DNA of 64,000 nt from an uncultured Lachnospiraceae bacterium. GTDB lineage: Bacteria > Bacillota > Clostridia > Lachnospirales > Lachnospiraceae. Below, piece after piece: positions 18,051 to 26,634 of the stretch. Under the pieces are notes generated by a model that was not told where the DNA came from, searched no databases, and worked only from the letters and a program-made list of their open reading frames with translations. The translations under genes and the position numbers were made by a program. The stretch lies in the NCBI GenBank assembly GCA_964393865.1, contig CAYMUW010000012.1, positions 1,392 through 65,391 of the forward strand. The letters run 5' to 3'. Position 1 is the stretch's first letter. Each line of letters starts with the position of its first letter.

Positions 18051-18668
18051 TCATAGTTCGCTCAGTTGCATTTCATAATAAAATCGGAAAGTAGAGTCTG
18101 GAAAGCTTCTTATATATTTGTCTATTGATTCCCTGGTAATTTGATTCGCCAGGGAATATTTTTTTATTATTTTTCTGGCTTCGTCGTTGGAGCAGTCCAA
18201 ATAACGATCCAAGTTTTTAAGTAAATCAAGAATCTGAAGAACCTTTACATTATCATTATCTATCTTCACATAAGGACGGCGGACAATAAATATCTGCTCA
18301 CCTATGATTATTTCCCGAACGATAGCTGCCATATTATTGCTGACAATCTCCTTTTTCATAGGAACCTGCTGGGAAATGCCTATGAGGTTTGCGAAGGTGC
18401 TGCCGGAATAATACCCGTCTGTCCTTCCGTGACGGGAAATATATTTATACCTTGCAACGGTTTCCGGGCTTGGTCCGGCCGAGGAACTGAATCTTGTCCG
18501 TTTCGGGATGTAGTAGATCCCTTTTTCATACCTGACGATTTTTCCGGCATCCGCAAGTGTTTTGATCTGCTGGCGGAAGTTATCCCTTTTCATTCCCTCT
18601 ATATGAATATCATCGAGGAAAATCGGTTCCGCATTTTTGTAATGGTCCTTCAAATATTCAAAAAGCAT
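18051..18668 (-). CDS. AbiEi-like / DUF6088-like transcriptional regulator (orphan; no AbiEii partner)
   Basis: N-terminal pattern EPIFLDDI..LADAGKIVRYEKGIYYIPK resembles the winged-helix N-domain of AbiEi antitoxins. The family call comes from memory of that motif only. Confidence 0.55.
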   Translation of the reverse strand: MLFEYLKDHYKNAEPIFLDDIHIEGMKRDNFRQQIKTLADAGKIVRYEKGIYYIPKRTRFSSSAGPSPETVARYKYISRHGRTDGYYSGSTFANLIGISQQVPMKKEIVSNNMAAIVREIIIGEQIFIVRRPYVKIDNDNVKVLQILDLLKNLDRYLDCSNDEARKIIKKYSLANQITRESIDKYIRSFPDSTFRFYYEMQLSEL

Positions 18669-18911
18669 AGCCTGCTCCTTATAAAATCACGAAATATAAT
18701 ATATAATATTATACAAAATGAATTATAAAGAAGAAAAATGAAAATGTCAATAGGAAAAATGAAAATCAGCCAAGACCCATCGGGATAAGACAGGGGATGA
18801 AGCCGTAAAAATATTAAAAAATTCTTTTTCATCCGCTACGTTTCGTGGCACCCGGACACAGTTAATAAATGTAAGGATGTTTAGAAGGTTCCGCACGGAA
18901 AGGAAGGGACT

Positions 18912-19490
18912 TTGAAACAGAATGCAAATGAGCAGGATGAAATAGTTGCCGAGTTCAAGAGTTTTATGTATCGGGCTATTGTGAACTGCGCACATAATGT
19001 TACCAGAAAGATAAAACGCGATGAGGAGATCAATGGGGGCATACCGTTGGAGACATTGGATGAGAAACGCTTCGGAGAGTACATAAAGACAGAAGACGGG
19101 CATGGTATGGAGGCTGGGATACAGATTGAATTTTCTGATCTTAGGATCAGGCTGAATGATGACCTGATCGGGGCTTTGCTCGCAGGACTCACTGAGAGGG
19201 AAGTACAATCCTTGATACTGCACGAAGCGTTTGATTATGACTATGCCCAGATTGGGAAGATGCTAGGCATCTCGCCGGACAGGGCAAAGGCATATAAGTA
19301 TCAGGGGTTCGTTGGGATAATCCCATATTATCCGGCAGGATGCCGTATTACCGATTTTCCCGGTTTTTACGGATTTCACACTATCAAGCATTATTCCGCA
19401 TTACCTCACACCGATTCGTTGCAAAAGTGTTGCAATCTGCATTTATTTGTTGCAATTCTCACAAGCTTAAAAACAAAGACTCTTTCCTAA
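18912..19490 (+). CDS. small sigma-70-like factor of conjugative-element type; native 3' end apparently replaced after about 19310
   Basis: Region-4-like segment LTEREVQSLILHEAFDYDYAQIGKMLGISPDRAKAYKYQG, then unrelated read-through sequence into the integrase 3' flank. TTG start. Confidence 0.5.
   Translation: MKQNANEQDEIVAEFKSFMYRAIVNCAHNVTRKIKRDEEINGGIPLETLDEKRFGEYIKTEDGHGMEAGIQIEFSDLRIRLNDDLIGALLAGLTEREVQSLILHEAFDYDYAQIGKMLGISPDRAKAYKYQGFVGIIPYYPAGCRITDFPGFYGFHTIKHYSALPHTDSLQKCCNLHLFVAILTSLKTKTLS
19418..19456 (+). repeat. three direct GTTGCAA(T) repeats just outside the integrase 3' end
   Basis: Copies start at 19418, 19429 and 19449, spaced 11 and 20 nt apart. They may be arm-type recombinase sites. 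Confidence 0.5.
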
Positions 19491-20391
19491 AATATATCCA
19501 TGTTCTTTGAAAGCTTGTCTAATGCTTCTCTCTTTTTTGCCTCAGTGACCTCGGCATATATATCAAGGGTCGTTGTTATGTCCTTATGACCCATGACCTC
19601 CTGTATCACCTTGACGTTTGTTTCTGTCTCGCAGAAGCGTGTACAAAACGTATGTCTTGTATAATGGCACGAAAACATCGGGAGCAGTAAAGGTTTTCGA
19701 TGTTCTTTCTTCGCCAGTATGATCTCCTCGCCATTGTAATCGCTTACGATTCTCTTAATGGCATCGTTGATTGACTGTTGGTTGATCACATTTCCAAACC
19801 GGTTTTTAAATATGAAGCCGTCCATGCCATTTATAACCGTCTTGTTAAATCCGGTCTTCTTATGCTCGTCATATACTGTCCTGAATGCATCGCCTACTTC
19901 CGGAAGCATGGGGATCATACGACTCCCAGCCTCTGTCTTTGGATATGAAATCCCAAGTTTCGACTTTCTCCTGCCATCAACCATCTCGGTAAAATATACA
20001 AGCCCATGATTTATGCTGATGGATCTCTCTTCAAGGTCGATGTCCTGCCAGCGGAGGCCTGCCACTTCTCCAATCCTGCAGCCCGTTCCAAAGAGCACCG
20101 TAAAGAGCGGAAGCCAATGTCCATATACCGGATGCTCTTTCAGAAACCCAAGAAAGGCTCTCTGCTGCTCCTTTGTAAGCGCATGCCGTACCGACTTGTT
20201 CTTACCAGATTTCTTTTTAATCTCTGCCATAACTCCATCAGGTCAGTCGCATACAGGTATTTGCGCTTTCCAAATGGATCTGTGTAAGTGTAAACGTACC
20301 TCATATCCTGAGACCGCTGACTCTCACCACGCAGTAAGACTCTGCCTTTGTTGTCTTTTCTTGCCTTTGCCATATTCCCTCCTTTCCACAC
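19487..20391 (-). pseudogene. int: Tn916-type tyrosine integrase, frameshifted and apparently lacking the core-binding domain
   Basis: ORF 20140-20391 encodes the N-terminal DNA-binding domain (RKDNKGRVLLRGESQR..YVYTYTDPFGKRKYLYATDL). ORF 19487-20230 encodes the catalytic domain (GTGCRIGE..HYTRHTF..GHKDITTTLDIYAEV). The two are in different frames, and only about 10 aa lie where about 130 aa are expected. Confidence 0.75.
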
Positions 20392-20420
20392 GGATCAGAG
20401 GAAAGAGACTTGTACACTTG

Positions 20421-20597
20421 CTACTTTCCAGGCTGTTTCTTCATAAGCTCTTCTACACCTTTAAGCAGCGTTTCTGTTATGGTCATATCGTGCTCTTCGG
20501 CATACTCCTTGATGACTTTGTATTCGTCATTCGTAACCCGAACACCGAGAGACTTTTCCCTTGGATCATCTGCCTTTGGTCTCCCCATCTTCGCCAT
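20421..20597 (-). CDS. 58-aa ribbon-helix-helix-type protein (below the ORF-track length cutoff)
   Basis: My own translation: MAKMGRPKADDPREKSLGVRVTNDEYKVIKEYAEEHDMTITETLLKGVEELMKKQPGK. RBS AAGGGGG lies upstream. The gene sits between the Xis-like gene and int. Confidence 0.6.
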   Translation of the reverse strand: MAKMGRPKADDPREKSLGVRVTNDEYKVIKEYAEEHDMTITETLLKGVEELMKKQPGK

Positions 20598-20678
20598 TCG
20601 GAGTACCCCCTTTCTCTTGTCTCTTCCCTATTATAGTTTTTGTGGAACGCAAAGTCAAGGACTTTTTGTTAAACACAA

Positions 20679-20906
20679 TCACATCCCTGATTTTGATCCC
20701 GGAGGAAGTCTGTAGGGCTGAAGGTAGTCGTTGAAAATGACCGTGTTCACGAGATTCATCTTTCCAACTTTATGAATTGCACCTGCCTTGTCAGCAAGAA
20801 TTTCAAACTCTCTCTGGCTCATGCCAAAGATCTTGCATCCCACATTATAACGGACATAAAGAGGAATTGTTCCTCCTATCGCTTCAATCAGCTCAATCTT
20901 CTCCAT
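20679..20906 (-). CDS. excisionase-like HTH protein
   Basis: Small ORF upstream of RHH/int in the same orientation. The segment FGMSQREFEILADKAGAIHKVGK looks like an HTH. Confidence 0.5.
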   Translation of the reverse strand: MEKIELIEAIGGTIPLYVRYNVGCKIFGMSQREFEILADKAGAIHKVGKMNLVNTVIFNDYLQPYRLPPGSKSGM

Positions 20907-21638
20907 ATCGTCTGCTCCCTTCGCTATATTTTGCCATCATAAACCAGCCAATAAAAACGCACCTGCCGCTGTGCTAATCTGCCCGACTGCAGATACGCTT
21001 TTATCAGCCGATTTAAGCATTCTTAGTCAGAGCCGTATAATTCATTAACCGCCTTTTGGATTTAGTGGGTTAAAGCATTATAAATACACTTCAGACCCTT
21101 TTGCAAGTCTTTTTTCAGGTACACACCCAAGCGGTCAGATAATACATCTCTGAATCTCTTTTTGCCTTGGAAACGCTTATATGCGTTAATATGGCATTAC
21201 TCATTTTTATAAAAATACTTTGCAGTGATCCTGGGTACAGATCACATTGGAATTCCACCAGCTTCTCCAGCCCCTGTCTTAAGGGAAGTAACTTTAACTA
21301 AGGAACGCATCATCGCCATGGGATCCCCAATCCCTTTTTCAGCAACATAGACGGCGCTCCGCAGCCCATAAAGAAATCCGCTTTTCTCTCTTAAAAAGGT
21401 CTGCATCATGGCGTACTTGCTGTCCGGCTTAACGCTCCGGTTGTTCTGCAAAGCACAACAATATTCAGTTTTCAAAGTTCAATGCCGCCATTATGGCGGT
21501 GATCCCGTACGCCGGACTTGTCAGCCCGAAAAGCCTATAAGAGACACCATGCCTGCTAAAACATATAACTCTTATGGATTTTATGAGAATGACAAATATA
21601 AAATAAACGTAAGAATGCCAAAAAGCCCTGTCCACTGT

Positions 21639-21857
21639 TTAGTATTTTAATCTGAATTTAGGAATGATCCTTATCAGTCTGATCAAGACTTCCTGCCTGC
21701 AGTCCTTCAGGCTCTCTTCCGAAAGCCACGGCGCCATGCCCCGAAGAACTCCTTCCACCTGTGGGCTGAAATATTCGAGGATACATCCCACAGCCGCCAT
21801 ATTCCCCTGTTTTGCTGACACAATCATGTCATAATCAATCCTTATCTTTTCTGCCAT
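21639..21857 (-). CDS. conjugative-transposon-type HTH/sigma-like regulator (Tn916 orf8-like)
   Basis: Pattern DYDMIVSAKQGNMAAVGCILEYFSP is typical of small regulators of Tn916-like elements. Its promoter region is missing because it abuts the pyruvyl transferase gene. Confidence 0.5.
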   Translation of the reverse strand: MAEKIRIDYDMIVSAKQGNMAAVGCILEYFSPQVEGVLRGMAPWLSEESLKDCRQEVLIRLIRIIPKFRLKY

Positions 21858-23106
21858 GCTTTTCCGCCCTCATCTTTGCTTTTTTCAATTCCCGGCGGTT
21901 AAAAACCTGTATCGGGAAATGGGAATTGCGGATGAGGATATCATACCGGTTCCAAGATATGATCTTTCCAATTACAACGGTGAAGAATGCGTCTGTGTTG
22001 TGAACGGCGCAAGTATTTATGAGGAACTGGCATATGATTCTCATTTTATGCCGCCTTCTCCTAAAGTACATGCAGTTCCCATGTCGCTTTATATACGTAG
22101 AAAGCTGCCTCATGACGAACTTACCTGGTACCAAACCTGTGGCGGAGTGGGCTGCAGGGATTTATATACAGTACAGTATTTAGAAAGCCTGGGCGTGGAT
22201 GCTTACTTATCCGGCTGCCTGACGCTCACTTTTCCTAAGAGAACAGATGAACAGGAGAAAAATGCGGACTGCATATATCTGATAGATGTACCTTTAGAAC
22301 TGCTGGATATGTGCCCCCCCGAGATTAGAAATCATGGAATCGAACTGACGAATATCGTGAGGATAAATATTCCGGAGAATGCGAACAGAATGAGTGTTGA
22401 AGATACACTTGCATATCACAGAAAAGGGGAAGAACGTATTGCGCTATTGCGGGATACAGCAAGACTTGTCGTAACATCGAGACTGCATATTGCCGCACCC
22501 TGCCTTGCTATGGGGATACCTGTTATTCTTGCCGGTAATCATCTGGGGGACAGGTATAGATTTATTGACCGTTTTATTCCGGCCTATACCAGAGCAAATT
22601 ATGGTGAAATTGATTATGCCCCTTCGCAAATCGATTTCGAGAAAGAAAAGGCTTTGATAAAGCAGTTATTTTTTGACAAGGTGAGAGCTGCTGCAGACAG
22701 AGTAGCGCTTGAAAAAATGTGGGATGAAAAAAAGCCATTTTTCTGTCCTGATTATCGTACGGAAACGGAGGCAGCAGTAAATAAAATTTCATTCCCACAA
22801 AAGGAATTTCAATATGCAGTGTGGGGAATTTGTCTGCCCGCTGCCTTTCAGCTGGAGGAAGCAATGAAGAAACAGGTTCCCGGCGGAAAACTGATTGCAG
22901 GGATAGATATGGCTGTTACGGGAAACTATTGTGGAGTGCCCATTGTGAAACCGGAAGAAATCGAAAGGATGGAGAAAGATACAATTATAATAGTGGCTGC
23001 TCCCGCAGCCCATAAGACGGCAAAAGAACTGCTTTTAAAATTGGAAAGGCCGTTTGTGCTGCTTAATGGATCGGATGCAGAGTGGTACGGATTTAAGATG
23101 CATTAA
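21856..23106 (+). CDS. polysaccharide pyruvyl transferase, 5'-truncated (about 25 N-terminal residues and the promoter missing), with C-terminal Rossmann-like module
   Basis: Motifs GCRDLYT..YLSGCLTLTFPKR and VVTSRLHIAAPCLAMGIPVIL. Homology appears to start at about AVKNLYREMG, directly at the island junction. Confidence 0.7.
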   Translation: MLFRPHLCFFQFPAVKNLYREMGIADEDIIPVPRYDLSNYNGEECVCVVNGASIYEELAYDSHFMPPSPKVHAVPMSLYIRRKLPHDELTWYQTCGGVGCRDLYTVQYLESLGVDAYLSGCLTLTFPKRTDEQEKNADCIYLIDVPLELLDMCPPEIRNHGIELTNIVRINIPENANRMSVEDTLAYHRKGEERIALLRDTARLVVTSRLHIAAPCLAMGIPVILAGNHLGDRYRFIDRFIPAYTRANYGEIDYAPSQIDFEKEKALIKQLFFDKVRAAADRVALEKMWDEKKPFFCPDYRTETEAAVNKISFPQKEFQYAVWGICLPAAFQLEEAMKKQVPGGKLIAGIDMAVTGNYCGVPIVKPEEIERMEKDTIIIVAAPAAHKTAKELLLKLERPFVLLNGSDAEWYGFKMH

Positions 23107-23115
23107 GAAGAATGG

Positions 23116-23144
23116 AGAGTTGGTTTTAAGCCAACTCTTTATTT
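23116..23144 (+). terminator. rho-independent terminator after the pyruvyl transferase
   Basis: AGAGTTGG-tttTaag-CCAACTCT followed by TTATTT. Confidence 0.6.
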
Positions 23145-23215
23145 GTCTGCAATAATTTAACACAGTTATGGGCATGATGTAAAATAGGCATTACCGAATG
23201 AAAGGTGGAAATGAA

Positions 23216-25117
23216 ATGAGTGAACAAAAGGAATTTAAACCGTTTATTTCGGCAGATAAAAATATACCGGAATTTACGGTGACCTCGATAATAATCGGTA
23301 TTATACTTGCTGTTTTGTTCGGAGGAGCCAATGCGTATCTTGGCCTCCGGGTAGGGATGACGGTATCGGCTTCCATACCGGCGGCTGTTATTTCTATGGG
23401 GATTATCCGGGTTATTTTAAGAAAAGATTCCATTTTGGAAAACAATATGGTGCAGACCATAGGGTCTGCCGGCGAATCGTTGGCAGCGGGAGCGATTTTC
23501 ACCATGCCGGTGTTATTTATGTGGGCGGCAGAAGGCAGCACGGAGATGCCGTCCCTTGCGGAAATTGCATTGATTACTTTATGCGGCGGTGTGCTGGGTG
23601 TACTGTTTATGGTTCCTTTGCGTACTGCGTTGATTGTGAAGGAGCACGGAACACTTCCTTATCCCGAGGGAACAGCCTGTGCGGAGGTGCTTCTTGCAGG
23701 CGAGGAAGGAGGCTCTCAGGCAGGAACGGTGTTTGCCGGACTTGGGGTTGCTGCGGTCTACAAGTTTATTGCCGACGGATTAGGGCTCTTTCCAAGTGAG
23801 GTTGATTTTGAGTTTAAGAGCTATAAGGGGGCGGGCTTTGGCGTGGATGTGCTTCCGGCTCTGGCAGGTGTGGGCTTTATTTGTGGGCCCAAGATTGCTT
23901 CTTACATGCTTGCGGGCGGCATTGCTGCATGGTTTGCCATTATGCCGCTTATTGTATTGTTTGGCGGAAATGCCGTTGTTTATCCTGCGGCGGTTCCGGT
24001 TAATACCCTGGGGACATGGGATATTTGGGGAAGCTATATCAGATATATAGGAGCGGGAGCTGTGCTTGCAGGCGGCATAATCAGTTTAATCAAGTCTTTC
24101 CCGCTGATTGTCAGAACCTTCCGTGATGCTGTTAAAGGCTTTAGCTTTAAAACTGCGGGAGGGGAGAGAACGGCAAGAGATCTGCCTATGGCATTTGTTG
24201 TTCTCGGCATCGGAGCGGTTGCAATTTTTATGTGGCTGTTTCCGGCAATTCCGGTCAGCTTTCTTGGAGCTGTCATCATTATAGTATTTGGGTTTTTCTT
24301 TGCAACGGTTTCCTCCAGAATGGTTGGACTGGTGGGAAGCAGTAATAATCCAGTTTCCGGCATGGCGATTGCTACGCTGCTGATTGCAACTATTATTCTC
24401 AAGGAGACCGGAAGCATCGGAATGGGCGGTATGATAGCGGCTATTGCTATTGGTTCAATCATTTGTATTGTTGCGGCTATGGCAGGTGATACCTCTCAGG
24501 ATTTGAAAACAGGATATATTGTAGGTGCAACGCCTGCAAGGCAGCAGATCGGTGAGCTTGTGGGAGTGTTGGTTTCCGCGATTGCCATCGGCGGCGTTTT
24601 ATATTTACTGAATGCGGCATGGGGATATGGTTCATCGGAGCTTCCCGCACCGCAGGCAACCCTGATGAAAATGGTGGTAGAGGGTGTTATGGGCGGCAGT
24701 CTTCCATGGACACTGGTTTTTGCAGGCGTGTGCATTGCGCTTGTAATAGAAATTCTGGGCATACCGGTACTTCCTTTTGCAGTGGGGCTTTACCTTCCAA
24801 TTCATTTGAGCGCGCCTATTATGGCGGGAGGCCTTGTCAGGTTATATATAAATAAAAAGCAAAATGTCAGCGGGGAAGAAAGGAAAAACAAAGTTGACAA
24901 TGGCATCCTTTATTCTTCCGGATTAATTGCAGGTGAAGGGCTTGTAGGTATTCTCCTGGCGGTATTTGCAATAGTAAGCTTCGGAGAAAAGAGTCTTGCG
25001 GAAAGGATTGATGTGTCAGGGACGTTCAATCTTGGAAATGCGGGCGGGCTGATTCTATTTGCTTTTCTTATTGGCTCTATGGTATGCTTTATAAACAGGA
25101 AAGGAAAGAAGCAGTAG
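23216..25117 (+). CDS. OPT-family oligopeptide transporter
   Basis: Polytopic membrane protein. The N-terminus FTVTSIIIGIILAVLFGGANAYLGLRVGMTVSASIPAAV is characteristic of bacterial OPT proteins. RBS AAAGGTGGA precedes the ATG at 23216. Confidence 0.9.
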   Translation: MSEQKEFKPFISADKNIPEFTVTSIIIGIILAVLFGGANAYLGLRVGMTVSASIPAAVISMGIIRVILRKDSILENNMVQTIGSAGESLAAGAIFTMPVLFMWAAEGSTEMPSLAEIALITLCGGVLGVLFMVPLRTALIVKEHGTLPYPEGTACAEVLLAGEEGGSQAGTVFAGLGVAAVYKFIADGLGLFPSEVDFEFKSYKGAGFGVDVLPALAGVGFICGPKIASYMLAGGIAAWFAIMPLIVLFGGNAVVYPAAVPVNTLGTWDIWGSYIRYIGAGAVLAGGIISLIKSFPLIVRTFRDAVKGFSFKTAGGERTARDLPMAFVVLGIGAVAIFMWLFPAIPVSFLGAVIIIVFGFFFATVSSRMVGLVGSSNNPVSGMAIATLLIATIILKETGSIGMGGMIAAIAIGSIICIVAAMAGDTSQDLKTGYIVGATPARQQIGELVGVLVSAIAIGGVLYLLNAAWGYGSSELPAPQATLMKMVVEGVMGGSLPWTLVFAGVCIALVIEILGIPVLPFAVGLYLPIHLSAPIMAGGLVRLYINKKQNVSGEERKNKVDNGILYSSGLIAGEGLVGILLAVFAIVSFGEKSLAERIDVSGTFNLGNAGGLILFAFLIGSMVCFINRKGKKQ

Positions 25118-25121
25118 CAAA

Positions 25122-25484
25122 ATGGGAAAGAAATACCGGAACGGGAACAAGGATAATTATCTGGATTATATTCCCAGACATAATGCGCTGTTTCCATATC
25201 GAAAAAAGGAAAACGGAAGAATAGAGGTAGAAGTGCTCAACAGAGGATTTTACAACCGGATTGCCCAGATTTTTTTCAGAAGACCAAAGCGCAGTTTCAT
25301 TGAGTTGGATGAATTAGGAGGTTTTGTCTGGGAGCAGATTGACGGCAGCAAAAGCATATATGATATTTGCATGCTGATCAGACAGCGGTTTGGGGAGGAG
25401 GCGGAGCCTTTGTTTGAACGTGCGGTTGTCTTTTTTCAGATGCTGAGGGAGAATTCCTTCATTGTGTTTGTGAATAAACTGTAA
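25122..25484 (+). CDS. PqqD-family (RRE-like) small protein
   Basis: LDELGGFVWEQIDGSKSIYDICMLIRQRFGEEAEP..FFQMLRENSFI matches the PqqD winged-helix pattern. The start is 4 nt after the OPT stop. Confidence 0.7.
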   Translation: MGKKYRNGNKDNYLDYIPRHNALFPYRKKENGRIEVEVLNRGFYNRIAQIFFRRPKRSFIELDELGGFVWEQIDGSKSIYDICMLIRQRFGEEAEPLFERAVVFFQMLRENSFIVFVNKL

Positions 25485-25510
25485 GTATATTAAGGATAAG
25501 GAGGACGGCT

Positions 25511-26605
25511 ATGTACTATAAGCAATATGGAGATACCGATATGAAGGTATCGGCGATTGGTTTTGGATGCATGAGATATGATGACGAGGATGTAAAGGCG
25601 GGAAGATTGGAAAAGTGTGCGGAAGTTGCCTTGTATGCCCATGAAAAAGGCATCAATTACTTTGATACCGCTCCGTTTTATTGCGATGACAAAAGCGAGA
25701 TTATTACGGGAATGGCGCTTTCACAGCTGCCCAGAAGCAGTTATTACGTTTCTTCCAAGGCAAATCTGGGGACCCTGAACGGAGAGGCTACCAGAGATGC
25801 TTTCCGCAGGCGGTTGGAGCTTACCTTATCCAGATTGAAGGTTGATTATCTGGATTTTTATCATATCTGGTGTATCAAGGATATGGAAAGCTTTGATAAG
25901 CACTGTGAGCTCCTTTATGGCTTTTATGAGGAGGCAAAGACGGAAGGCCTGATCAGAAATATTGTCTTTTCCTCTCACATGCAGGGACAGGAGCTGGAAC
26001 AGGCGGTTGCAACGAACCGTTTTAAGGGTATGCTGATCGGTTACAATGCGTTAAACTACAGATTTCGTCAAAGCGGAATTGCTGCCGCACATGCGAATGG
26101 AATGGGTGTGGTTGTAATGAACCCGCTGGGAGGCGGACTGATACCGCAAAATCCGGAAAAGTTTAAATATTTGACGGAAGGAACCGATTTAACCGTACCA
26201 CAGGCGGCACTGCGATTTGTGGCGTCTCATAAGGAAATTACCATTACTCTTGCCGGCTGTACGCATAAGGAGCATGTTGACGATGCATGCAGAGCCGTGG
26301 AGAATTTGAAAGAGAAGCCTGCCCGGGAGATTTATGCGGAATATGAGAATACAGGGGAAGCTATCAATGATCTTTGTACAGGATGCGGTTACTGCAATCA
26401 TTGTCCCATGGAAATTCCTATCCCCAAATATATGGATGCGTATAACATGAAGCTTTTAGGGAACAGCATTCAGGACAGATTAAATAATCACTGGAGCATT
26501 TCAAAGGATAAGGCTGCAGCCTGTGTCAGATGCGGTAAATGCGAAGGACTTTGTACCCAGCATCTGCCCATTATGGATAGGCTGAAAGAAATAGCAGCAT
26601 TGTAA
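25511..26605 (+). CDS. aldo/keto reductase fused to a 2x[4Fe-4S]-type cysteine domain
   Basis: AKR N-terminus (VSAIGFGCMRY, INYFDTAPFY). C-terminal clusters CTGCGYCNHCP and CVRCGKCEGLC. Confidence 0.85.
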   Translation: MYYKQYGDTDMKVSAIGFGCMRYDDEDVKAGRLEKCAEVALYAHEKGINYFDTAPFYCDDKSEIITGMALSQLPRSSYYVSSKANLGTLNGEATRDAFRRRLELTLSRLKVDYLDFYHIWCIKDMESFDKHCELLYGFYEEAKTEGLIRNIVFSSHMQGQELEQAVATNRFKGMLIGYNALNYRFRQSGIAAAHANGMGVVVMNPLGGGLIPQNPEKFKYLTEGTDLTVPQAALRFVASHKEITITLAGCTHKEHVDDACRAVENLKEKPAREIYAEYENTGEAINDLCTGCGYCNHCPMEIPIPKYMDAYNMKLLGNSIQDRLNNHWSISKDKAAACVRCGKCEGLCTQHLPIMDRLKEIAAL

Positions 26606-26634
26606 TACATAGATATGGTGAGGGACATAAATCA

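Larger units (their letters stand above)
14961..21857. mobile_element. decayed composite mobilisable island (relaxase/MobC module plus remnant of a Tn916-type int/xis end)
   Basis: Contains relaxase, MobC, hairpin-rich noncoding DNA, VapBC, an AbiEi-like gene, a truncated sigma-like gene, a defective tyrosine integrase, RHH, Xis-like and HTH genes. It sits between polysaccharide genes, and the gene to its right lacks its 5' end. Boundaries are approximate; the left edge could extend to about 13900. Confidence 0.65.

Noticed and set aside
21242-21475. 77-aa minus-strand ORF in the island's right half
   Set aside because: No RBS and no recognisable motif. It may be a fragment of a lost element gene, but I cannot support a call.
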